A stretch of 27,960 nt of DNA, taken from a bacterium (GTDB lineage: Bacteria > Patescibacteriota > Patescibacteriia > Patescibacteriales > JAKAJF01). Below are positions 20,036 to 27,255 of the stretch, one piece after another (position 1 is the first letter of the stretch; each line of letters begins with the position of its first letter). The stretch covers positions 1-27,960 of the forward strand of contig JAKAJF010000001.1 in NCBI GenBank assembly GCA_021813875.1, given 5' to 3'. The translations under genes and the position numbers were made by a program. The notes under the pieces were generated by a model. The model was not told the DNA's origin, did not search any database, and was given only the letters and a program-made list of their open reading frames with translations.

Positions 20036-20778
20036 AAGTCGAGAGGAATAAGATAATAAAATTCGCGGAAGATTACCTGAAGGTCGGCCGGTTCCAGGAC
20101 TACTGCCTGAACGGCCTCCAGGTCGAAGGCGCGCCAGAAGTCAGCCGGATCGTCATCGGCGTCAGCCTCTCCGAAAAATTGATCAAGGAAGCTGTCAGGC
20201 GCAAGGCGGAAATGGTCCTGGTCCATCACGGCATCTTCTCAAGCTCGGTCGGTACCCCGCCCAAGTTCCGGGGCGCCTTGAAGAAAAGATTGAAGCTCCT
20301 GCTTGAGAACGACCTCAACCTGGCTGGCTTCCATCTGCCGCTCGACGCCCACCCGCTGATCGGTAACAACGCGAGCATCGCCAAGGCCCTCGGACTTGCC
20401 AGGACGGAGCCTTTTGATATCGGTTTCGTGGGCGAGCTCAAGAAGGAGATGACCTTGAAGGATTTCGCCGCCCTGGTCGGCAAGAAGTTAGAGGCCCGTC
20501 CGCTCCTGGTCGACGCCGGCAAGAGAGTCAAAAGGGTGGCCGTCATTTCCGGCGGCGCTTCGGCCTATTACGCCCAGGCCCGGGAAATGGGCGCTGACAC
20601 TTATCTGACCGGCGAGCTTCTGGAGTTCGTGGTCCGGGAGGCCGAGGAAGCCGGCATCAACATCGTCAACGCCGGCCATTATAATACGGAAAAGCTGGGC
20701 ATCAAGAATCTGGGAGGCCTGATCGCTAAAAAATTTAAACTTAAAGCGGAATTCGTCGATATTCCCTGCGAAGTATAA
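20032..20778 (+). CDS. Nif3/YbgI-like dinuclear metal centre protein
   Basis: DYCLNGLQVEG, LVHHG, HLPLDAHP, GNN, YLTGE and GHYNTE motifs. Confidence 0.93.
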   Translation: MKVERNKIIKFAEDYLKVGRFQDYCLNGLQVEGAPEVSRIVIGVSLSEKLIKEAVRRKAEMVLVHHGIFSSSVGTPPKFRGALKKRLKLLLENDLNLAGFHLPLDAHPLIGNNASIAKALGLARTEPFDIGFVGELKKEMTLKDFAALVGKKLEARPLLVDAGKRVKRVAVISGGASAYYAQAREMGADTYLTGELLEFVVREAEEAGINIVNAGHYNTEKLGIKNLGGLIAKKFKLKAEFVDIPCEV

Positions 20779-20780
20779 TT

Positions 20781-23222
20781 ATGAAATTATCTTACGATTG
20801 GCTAAAAGAATATATCAACCTCAAGAAATTGACCCCCGAAGAGATCGCCGGCGAGCTTTCCTTGCGCACGGTCGAGGTCGAGGGGCTCGGCAAGGAAGCC
20901 GAGAAGTTCGACCGGGTAGTGGTCGGGAAGATCCTCGAGGTCAGGAAGCACCCCAACGCCGACCGCCTGCAGCTCGCCAAGGTCGAGGTCGGCGGCGGCC
21001 TTAGACTGGACATCGTCTGCGGCGCTCCCAACATCGCTCCCGGCCAGCTCGTGCCCGTGGCTCTGGTCGGCGCCAAACTGCCCGACGGCCTCGAGATCAA
21101 GGAAGCGGAAGTCCGGGGCGAAAAATCCCAGGGCATGCTCTGCGCCCCTGACGAGTTGGGATTGGGAGACGACCATTCCGGCATCCTGATCCTAGGCAAG
21201 AAAGCCAAGATCGGCCAGCCGCTCGCCCAATACTTAAGATTGGAAGACGTCATCTTTGAAATCGATAATAAATCCCTTTCCAACCGCCCCGACCTTTGGG
21301 GGCATTACGGCATGGCTCGCGAGCTCTCGGCCATCTTCAATCTGAAATTGAAGCCGCTCGACAAAGTCGTGGCAAAGCCTTTGGCCGAACAGACGGCCAA
21401 GGCCGAAAAGGCCCTGGAGCTGGAGGCGGAGGTCAAAGAGACGACCCTCTGCCCGCGCTATATGGCCGTGGCCATGTCGGGCATCAGGGTCGATGAGTCT
21501 CCGGAGTGGCTTAGGAAAAGGCTCGTCGCGGCCGGCATGCGTCCGATCAACAATATCGTGGACGTCACTAATTTCGTCATGCTCGAGCTCGGCCAGCCCA
21601 TGCACGCCTTCGACGCCTCGAAGCTTAAGAATAAAGGTGAGCGATTCAAGATAATCATCCGTCGCGCCAAAGCCGGGGAGACCTTAGAATCGCTCGATGG
21701 CCAGACTAGGAAACTCTCGGAAGAGATGCTCGTGATCGCTGACGAGGACAAAGCTTTGGCCGTCGCGGGAGTTATGGGCGGAGCCGAAAGCGAGATCGGC
21801 GCCGAGACCTCGACCATCATCCTGGAAGCGGCCAACTTCAATCCGGTCTCGGTCAGGAAGACCAGCTCCCGTTTGGCCTTGAGGACTGAATCCTCGATGC
21901 GCTTCGAAAAATCCCTCGACCCGACCCTCTGCGAGCCGGCTCTGGCCCGCGCCGTCGAGCTTATCCGGGAGACGAACCCTCAGGCCAAGGTCGCCAGCCA
22001 GGCGGCCGACGAGAAGAATTTCCGGATCGATCAGGGGCCGGTGGAACTGGATCTCGATTGGATCGCCAAGAAGATCGGCGAGAAGCTGCCGACCCGGGAG
22101 ATCGTGAGGATCCTCGAGCACCTGGGCTTCGCGGCCGCGCACGTTGGCCATAAGTTGAGCGTCACCATCCCCACCTGGCGCGCCACCAAGGACGTGGCCA
22201 CCGGTGAAGACATCGTCGAAGAGATCGTCCGTATCTACGGCTACGACAGACTGGCCGCTCTGATGCCGGAAGTCAGGCTCGCTCCCCCGGAAGCCAACCT
22301 CGAGCGCGGACTTGAAAGAAGGGTCAAGGAGCTCCTCTCCGGAGCGCCGGCCCTGGCCGAGACCTATAACTATTCCTTCGTCGGCGAGGACCAGCTGAAG
22401 CACTTGAACATCGATCCGGCCTCTTATCTCCGGCTGGTCAATCCGATCGCTTCCAACCAGAACCTCTTGCGGCAGAACTTAACCCCCAATTTATTAAACA
22501 ATGTTAGGATCAATCAGGCCCGTTTCGACGCCTTCGGCCTGTTCGAGATCGGCAACATCTTCCTTCCCGTGCCCGGCGAGATCGAGAAGGGCATCGACCG
22601 GGAGACCCTGCCTTACCAGGAGAAGCATCTGGGCATCGTCCTGGCCGGCGATGCGGCTGACGAGCTCTTCGGAAAGGCCAAGGGCATCGTCGAATATTTG
22701 TCCGCCTCTCTTTACCTGCCGGCCGTCTTCAAGGAGGCGGAAGCCAAGCCTCTCTGGGCCGACGCCTCGCTCTGCGCGGCCGTCTTTTTGGGCGACCGCG
22801 AGCTCGGGCTGGTCGCCAAAGTCGACGGCCAGGCCGCCCGCCGCTTAGGCCTCAAGAAAGAAGCGGTGGCGGTCGAGTTGAGCTTCAAGACCCTCGTCCA
22901 GCTGGCCCGAGGGCTCGAGGCCAGATACGCGCCGGTTGAGAAGTATCCGTCGGCCGTCCGCGACCTGGCTTTTGTCATCGACGCGCGGATATTATATAAT
23001 GATATCAACCGGGAGATCTCCGGCTTTGATCCCCTGATCAAGAAAGTCGAGCTCTTCGACGTCTATGAGGGCGAGAAACTGGGCCGGGACAAGAGGAGCC
23101 TGGCCTTCCATATCACCTATCAGGGGGAGAAAACCCTGACTGCCGAAGAGGTCGACCAGGTCCAACAGAGATTGATCCGCGACCTCGAAGAAAAGTTCGG
23201 CGCCAAAGTGAGAGATTTTTAA
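20781..23222 (+). CDS. pheT: Phenylalanine--tRNA ligase beta subunit
   Basis: OB domain (HPNADRL, VCGAPN), NRPDL, NNIVDVTN, GQPMHAFD, PTWR.D, EEIVRIYGY and a C-terminal FDX-ACB domain (RDLAF). Confidence 0.97.
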   Translation: MKLSYDWLKEYINLKKLTPEEIAGELSLRTVEVEGLGKEAEKFDRVVVGKILEVRKHPNADRLQLAKVEVGGGLRLDIVCGAPNIAPGQLVPVALVGAKLPDGLEIKEAEVRGEKSQGMLCAPDELGLGDDHSGILILGKKAKIGQPLAQYLRLEDVIFEIDNKSLSNRPDLWGHYGMARELSAIFNLKLKPLDKVVAKPLAEQTAKAEKALELEAEVKETTLCPRYMAVAMSGIRVDESPEWLRKRLVAAGMRPINNIVDVTNFVMLELGQPMHAFDASKLKNKGERFKIIIRRAKAGETLESLDGQTRKLSEEMLVIADEDKALAVAGVMGGAESEIGAETSTIILEAANFNPVSVRKTSSRLALRTESSMRFEKSLDPTLCEPALARAVELIRETNPQAKVASQAADEKNFRIDQGPVELDLDWIAKKIGEKLPTREIVRILEHLGFAAAHVGHKLSVTIPTWRATKDVATGEDIVEEIVRIYGYDRLAALMPEVRLAPPEANLERGLERRVKELLSGAPALAETYNYSFVGEDQLKHLNIDPASYLRLVNPIASNQNLLRQNLTPNLLNNVRINQARFDAFGLFEIGNIFLPVPGEIEKGIDRETLPYQEKHLGIVLAGDAADELFGKAKGIVEYLSASLYLPAVFKEAEAKPLWADASLCAAVFLGDRELGLVAKVDGQAARRLGLKKEAVAVELSFKTLVQLARGLEARYAPVEKYPSAVRDLAFVIDARILYNDINREISGFDPLIKKVELFDVYEGEKLGRDKRSLAFHITYQGEKTLTAEEVDQVQQRLIRDLEEKFGAKVRDF

Positions 23223-23231
23223 TTTTAAAAT

Positions 23232-23528
23232 ATGACTCTTATCCAAAACAGCAAAGACATCCTTTACCTGGTCATCTCTTTCTGCGTCCTCTGGCTGACG
23301 ATTTTTTTCGCCTGGTTCATCTATTATCTGATCATGATCATGCGGGAGATGTTCAAGGCCACCCGGGAGATGCGCGAGCGCGTCCATAGGATCGACGAGG
23401 TCATGAAGGCCTTCAAAGAAAAGATCGAGCACAGCACCTCTTATCTGCTGCTGATCGGCGAAGGCATGAAGAAGCTGGTCGAACTGGCGAAGAGTTATAC
23501 CCAGGACGGCAAGAAGAAAAGAAAATAA
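23232..23528 (+). CDS. Hypothetical single-pass membrane protein with coiled coil
   Basis: N-terminal TM helix followed by an amphipathic helical tail. Confidence 0.7.
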   Translation: MTLIQNSKDILYLVISFCVLWLTIFFAWFIYYLIMIMREMFKATREMRERVHRIDEVMKAFKEKIEHSTSYLLLIGEGMKKLVELAKSYTQDGKKKRK

Positions 23529-23537
23529 GCCTATTTA

Positions 23538-23571
23538 AAAAGACAGTCCCGAGCATTCGGGACTGTCTTTT
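23538..23571. terminator. Bidirectional intrinsic terminator
   Basis: Perfect 15-bp stem aaaagacagtcccga-gcat-tcgggactgtctttt between convergent genes. Confidence 0.88.
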
Positions 23572-23592
23572 GTTTTTGAAGCTTCAAAAAGA

Positions 23593-23814
23593 TTAGACGG
23601 AAGCCGCCGGGCCTTTCTTGGAGCCGGTCGCCTTGACGATCAAGTAGAGGGCGGAGAGGCCAACCAGAATGTAGATGAGGCGGGAAAGGAAGGAGGAAGC
23701 ACCAAAAATGGCGGAGACTAAGTCGAAGTTGAAGGCGCCCACCAGGCCCCAATTGAGACCGCCGATAAGCAAGAGAATCATGGCGATCCAATCGATAGCA
23801 TTCATTTTTGGCAT
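23593..23814 (-). CDS. DUF378-family small membrane protein
   Basis: LLIGGLNWGLVG-FNFDLV...RLIYILVGLSALY signature; SD AAAGGGGTG. Confidence 0.88.
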   Translation of the reverse strand: MPKMNAIDWIAMILLLIGGLNWGLVGAFNFDLVSAIFGASSFLSRLIYILVGLSALYLIVKATGSKKGPAASV

Positions 23815-23889
23815 ATAATCACCCCCTTTCTATTTAAGGATGAGGTTATACTTATTCTAATTATAGCCAAATTTCAAAAATCGTTCAAA

Positions 23890-24360
23890 TTAATTCTTGT
23901 CCGCCAGTTCCCGGGCCAGATTTTCGATCTTTTGGGCGTCCGGCCCGATGATGACGAAATAATCATTGCCCTTGATGAAATTGATGGCAGTCCTTCCGTC
24001 CGCCAGGGAGCCTTCCTTGCCTTGGCCACCCGAGATTTCAAAGGCTTGGCTTGAGGAGGCGTAAGCGTAAAGAGACTGATCAGTTAGCGGGGAGGGGGAG
24101 GTATGTTTGCTGACCATGACGATGTCAGGCGCTTCCGATCGGGGATCATCAACCCAGTCCCCGACCTGGAAATAATAGGCCGGGCCGGAGAACCGTCCTG
24201 ACGGGGACATTTCCGGGGCAATGTTCGAAAAGCCGGCGGCCCTTAAGTCATCCGCCGTTACCGGAGCGCTATTTTCTTCGGCCGAGGCGTGTAACTTAAG
24301 GTAAATAAAGGAAGAAAAGAGAGCGAGGCTGAAAAGCAGGGCAAATTTTTTTAATTTCAT
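23890..24360 (-). CDS. Hypothetical exported protein
   Basis: Signal-peptide-like N-terminus (MKLKK, hydrophobic stretch, ASA). Confidence 0.7.
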   Translation of the reverse strand: MKLKKFALLFSLALFSSFIYLKLHASAEENSAPVTADDLRAAGFSNIAPEMSPSGRFSGPAYYFQVGDWVDDPRSEAPDIVMVSKHTSPSPLTDQSLYAYASSSQAFEISGGQGKEGSLADGRTAINFIKGNDYFVIIGPDAQKIENLARELADKN

Positions 24361-24401
24361 ATTTTTATAATTATATATCCATATGATATCATAATCCGGG
24401 C

Positions 24402-24568
24402 AAACAAAAAACGGGCTTCACCCGCTTTTGTTTTTGTTTTGGTTCGAAAAGAGCCATCGATGCTGAGAGTAAGGTATTTACTGTGTTTTTTGCGCAAAAT
24501 ACCGCGGAAAACTCAAAAAAAATATCAGCGCGCGAGACGCTAATCTTTTAAAAGTTTTTCCACAATAT
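24402..24568 (-). ncRNA. Candidate structured sRNA of about 165 nt, unknown family
   Basis: ORF-free; lies between a consensus promoter and a terminator (gcggg-tgaag-cccgt plus T-run). Stems: gtggaaaaac/gttttccgc, tagcg/cgctg, ggtattt/aaatacc. Confidence 0.4.
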
Positions 24569-24574
24569 TTAAAA

Positions 24575-24603
24575 ATTATAGCAAAATTCTAAAGAGAGGA
24601 CAA
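24575..24603 (-). promoter_or_regulatory. Sigma70-type promoter
   Basis: TTGTCC-N17-TATAAT with an extended TGn. Confidence 0.7.
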
Positions 24604-24605
24604 AT

Positions 24606-25262
24606 TTAAAGTTCTTCTTTTTGAGCAAGGAGGTTGTTGAAGGTTTCAAAAGCCTTGGAAGTATCCTGCTGGTCTATATAAAAGATAAGTTCGGAATAAG
24701 TGGAAGAAATTTCCCAGATGTTTATGCCTTGCAAGGATAGCTGTTGGATCAGAAAGTGAAACATCCCCGGAGTAGTCATATACTTGCCGCCGAATTGTAC
24801 GCCCAGGGCTGCCAATCCTTTATAGATGTATTTCGGTTTCGTCTTTATAAGAGAAGAGAGCTTCGGCAGGAAGGATTCGCTCAAAATCATGGAAACCTGA
24901 TCGGGGCGTTGATTGATGACGATATAGCTTTTTTCCTTCTGGCTCTGATTATATACCTCTACTAATTTTTTCTGGATATTTTCATCATTATAGAAAGTGA
25001 TCGTGCAAAGGTTGGAATTGACCATCAAATTATCGATCTTGAAACTTTCTTCCTCGGGAACCGGCTTTAGGAAATTATCCTGCAGACGCGACAAATTCAT
25101 AAGCACGGCCGACTTTGTCACCGGCTTTTTCGTCCGGATCTCTATCAATGGCTTTAATAGGTCGGCCAGCCGGGAGAGGTTAAAAAGTCTCCTTTTAAAG
25201 CCGAAAAGGAGCATCGGCTGCTTCTTGATGATATCTCTTAGGGAATCGGATATTTTAAGCAT
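24606..25262 (-). CDS. HTH/ACT-like amino-acid-binding protein (family often annotated as aspartate kinase-like)
   Basis: N-terminal helical NLSRLA...AVLMNLSRL region and a C-terminal ACT-like TPGMFHFLIQQLSLQGINIWEISSTYSE segment; no kinase domain. Confidence 0.6.
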   Translation of the reverse strand: MLKISDSLRDIIKKQPMLLFGFKRRLFNLSRLADLLKPLIEIRTKKPVTKSAVLMNLSRLQDNFLKPVPEEESFKIDNLMVNSNLCTITFYNDENIQKKLVEVYNQSQKEKSYIVINQRPDQVSMILSESFLPKLSSLIKTKPKYIYKGLAALGVQFGGKYMTTPGMFHFLIQQLSLQGINIWEISSTYSELIFYIDQQDTSKAFETFNNLLAQKEEL

Positions 25263-25393
25263 GTTATAAACATAACAAAAAGTTAATAATTTGTAAATTT
25301 CTTAAATAAATTTTACTAATATTAGCTACTGAGATAAATTAAAATTATAATCGAACTTTTGGAATAAAATTAAAAGGAAAGGAGGCGATAAAG

Positions 25394-25576
25394 ATGCCTG
25401 GAAGCAACGTCGGATTTAATTCTGGCTGGGATGGAGATGATTCTTATCCGTCCGGCGAGACGAGCGTCGAAGAGCCGAGGCTTTTCGACGTCATCGAGGC
25501 ACCGGTCAGGGCTGCGGCTAATTTAGTCAGCCATATTCTGCCGGCCGACGGGGATGATGGCCCCAGGGGCGGGTAA
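25394..25576 (+). CDS. 60-aa acidic small protein
   Basis: Strong SD (GAAAGGAGG), TATAAT at 25346-25351 and its own terminator; DGDD occurs twice; ends in RGG. Confidence 0.65.
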   Translation: MPGSNVGFNSGWDGDDSYPSGETSVEEPRLFDVIEAPVRAAANLVSHILPADGDDGPRGG

Positions 25577-25580
25577 ACGA

Positions 25581-25610
25581 AAGGACAGTTTAAAAAACTG
25601 TCCTTCTTTT
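25581..25610. terminator. Hairpin terminator (also the first hairpin of the tRNA-fragment array)
   Basis: Perfect 11-bp aaggacagttt-aaa-aaactgtcctt, followed by ctttt. Confidence 0.75.
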
Positions 25611-25615
25611 GTTCT

Positions 25616-25777
25616 TGCGGAGAGGCAGGGATTTCCGCGCTCGCTCGGCGGCCGAATTCCGCCTCGTTCACTTGTCCAGGGTCAGCGCGAACGTGCCCCC
25701 AGCACGTCCGCGATCGCTCGATAATTCGCCTCGGCTTCCGCCTCGGCTCATATCTCACTTCTGCTCGTTCGAATCCC
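25616..25777 (-). repeat. tRNA-Ser 3'-fragment unit 1 with structured insert
   Basis: Minus strand: GGGATTCGAACGAGCAGAAGTGAGA-[114 nt]-GCGGAAATCCCTGCCTCTCCGCA. The end equals T-stem 3' strand, acceptor 3' strand, G discriminator and CA, as in tRNA-Ser. No tRNA 5' half is present. Confidence 0.8.
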
Positions 25778-25789
25778 AGCACTCATTAT

Positions 25790-25829
25790 GCAAAATAAAA
25801 GCAGGCGTGAGGCCTGCTTTTATTTTTGA
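25790..25829. terminator. 40-nt hairpin spacer of the array
   Basis: Perfect 15-bp stem aaaataaaagcaggc/gcctgcttttatttt. Confidence 0.75.
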
Positions 25830-26002
25830 TGCGGAGAGGCAGGGATTTCCGCTTCACTTTCCCCCGCATCGAGTGCGGGGTCAGTTCGTTACCCTGTGCA
25901 GCGCCAAGCCCTGCGCCAGCTCGGGCTTGAGCGACGCTCGCCTGTGTTTCTCGCCGGCAGAAACGGCCCGAAACTTGTCTCGCTTCTGCCCGTTCGAATC
26001 CC
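25830..26002 (-). repeat. tRNA-Ser 3'-fragment unit 2 with structured insert
   Basis: Identical 23-nt tgcggagaggcagggatttccgc and a 25-nt tctcRcttctgcYcgttcgaatccc (2 mismatches to unit 1), with a different 125-nt interior. Confidence 0.8.
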
Positions 26003-26014
26003 TTTCCACTTTTC

Positions 26015-26054
26015 GCAAAATAAAATTCCCCCAAGAATGGGGGAATTTTATTCT
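26015..26054. terminator. 40-nt hairpin spacer of the array
   Basis: Perfect 15-bp stem aataaaattccccca/tgggggaattttatt; same gcaaaataaaa flank and length as the previous hairpin but a different GC core. Confidence 0.75.
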
Positions 26055-26082
26055 TGCGGAGAGTGGTCAACGGTATCCGAAC
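26055..26082 (-). other. att-like junction (third tRNA-Ser 3'-end core, 9 nt)
   Basis: The tgcggagag core recurs, then the sequence diverges and base composition turns AT-rich. Confidence 0.6.
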
Positions 26083-26585
26083 TGCTTAGTAGTCTTTATT
26101 GCTGTAACATTTTCTTTCAAGGCCAGTTCCGCGATAGAATCTACATGGCCATAACCACAAATCAGAAGAGTTGTCTTATCTCCCTTTTCTTTAATTTTAT
26201 TCAGCCAAAATTTCTCTCTTTTTATATCTGATTCTTTAGCGATTTTATTAATTTCGATTTCTTGTTCGGTTGTTAATGGAAAAGAAAAGCCTAAATTTCT
26301 TGCAATATCTTCTCGTTGTTGAAGCCCTAATTTATTTCTCTCATCAAATCCAGGGTCGCAAAGCAAATATTCTATTCTAAAAGTGGAAATAATTTTTCTT
26401 GCATGAGTATTATTTATCTCCCAGTGGCACAAAGCATCTTCACTAATTTCTTCGGCAACTAATTGAATTTTCTTCTCTTGAATGATTTTTTTTAGATAGC
26501 TTAAATACTTATCAACTTCAACCAGATCATTATCTTTATGTGGGAATTGAACTTTAAAATGAGCAACCCCTAAAATATATATCAT
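26067..26585 (-). CDS. Hypothetical protein, TraB/PrgY/GumN (Tiki/ChaN/EreA) superfamily-like
   Basis: ILGVAH, LVAEE, RE..W...I and LLICGYGHV correspond to the H, E, R and H core motifs. Confidence 0.6.
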   Translation of the reverse strand: MIYILGVAHFKVQFPHKDNDLVEVDKYLSYLKKIIQEKKIQLVAEEISEDALCHWEINNTHARKIISTFRIEYLLCDPGFDERNKLGLQQREDIARNLGFSFPLTTEQEIEINKIAKESDIKREKFWLNKIKEKGDKTTLLICGYGHVDSIAELALKENVTAIKTTKQFGYR

Positions 26586-27152
26586 TTATTTCTTATTTTG
26601 TGTTGCCCATCTATCAACTATCTTTTTCATCCATTCTAATAGCCCTACGTGGAGTCTGTTCAATATAGGCAAAAGTTCTCCTATTTGATTAGAAAATTCT
26701 TCACTACCGCACACCTCTTGTTCGGCCACAAATGCAACATATGCATCGAGTGGATCTATCTTAATTTTATAAAAATCCTCAAGTGAAGATAGAAATGTAT
26801 CTTCATCCTTAAGACGATCTCGTTCATAAAGATCATTAGTTAGTGCAAAAAAATTTTTTGCTCTTTCAGGCAAGAATGACAGGCTTTTAAGCAAAATATT
26901 TTCGCCAAAAAGCTGGCCTATTATTTGGCCCTCAGGAGTGAAACTAAGATAAAAAAGATGAGCTCCAATAAGACAATGTATAAGCTCTGACCTTGCTTCA
27001 TCGTTCTTCAAAATATCCGACCATCCTGTTTTAACCTCTGCCTGTAATTCACCCACTAGCTCCGCAGAACGAATGGCTGCCCATATAGGAAATTCACTAA
27101 GAAAAATATCCTCGTCCTTGTCGGTTGGTTTTGTTTTTGAAAACCACGTCAT
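26586..27152 (-). CDS. Hypothetical protein
   Basis: 188-aa AT-rich ORF whose stop directly abuts the next ATG. Confidence 0.7.
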   Translation of the reverse strand: MTWFSKTKPTDKDEDIFLSEFPIWAAIRSAELVGELQAEVKTGWSDILKNDEARSELIHCLIGAHLFYLSFTPEGQIIGQLFGENILLKSLSFLPERAKNFFALTNDLYERDRLKDEDTFLSSLEDFYKIKIDPLDAYVAFVAEQEVCGSEEFSNQIGELLPILNRLHVGLLEWMKKIVDRWATQNKK

Positions 27153-27220
27153 AAGTGTATTTTAAATTATAATTATAACGTATAATAAAATTAGCAAAAA
27201 ATCAAGATAAGTTACCCACT

Positions 27221-27249
27221 TTGACGCCCCTCCGCACTTTTGCTACACT
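27221..27249 (+). promoter_or_regulatory. Sigma70-type promoter
   Basis: TTGACG-N17-TACACT with an extended TGn. Confidence 0.7.
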
Positions 27250-27255
27250 AATAAT

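Noticed and set aside
25616-26002. Intact or intron-containing tRNA-Ser genes
   Set aside because: No GGAGAGG 5' strand, D-arm or anticodon arm is present. The plus-strand GTTCGAATCCC has no pairing T-stem. No group I core motifs were recognised.
25616-26063. CRISPR array
   Set aside because: The period is 214-225 nt, the interiors share conserved motifs and structure, the repeat is a tRNA end, and there are no cas genes in the window.
25444-26231. ORFs 25444-25782, 25609-26154, 25786-26070 and 25896-26231
   Set aside because: They are overlapping read-throughs of GC-rich structured repeats, with Arg/Ser/Pro-biased composition and no RBS.
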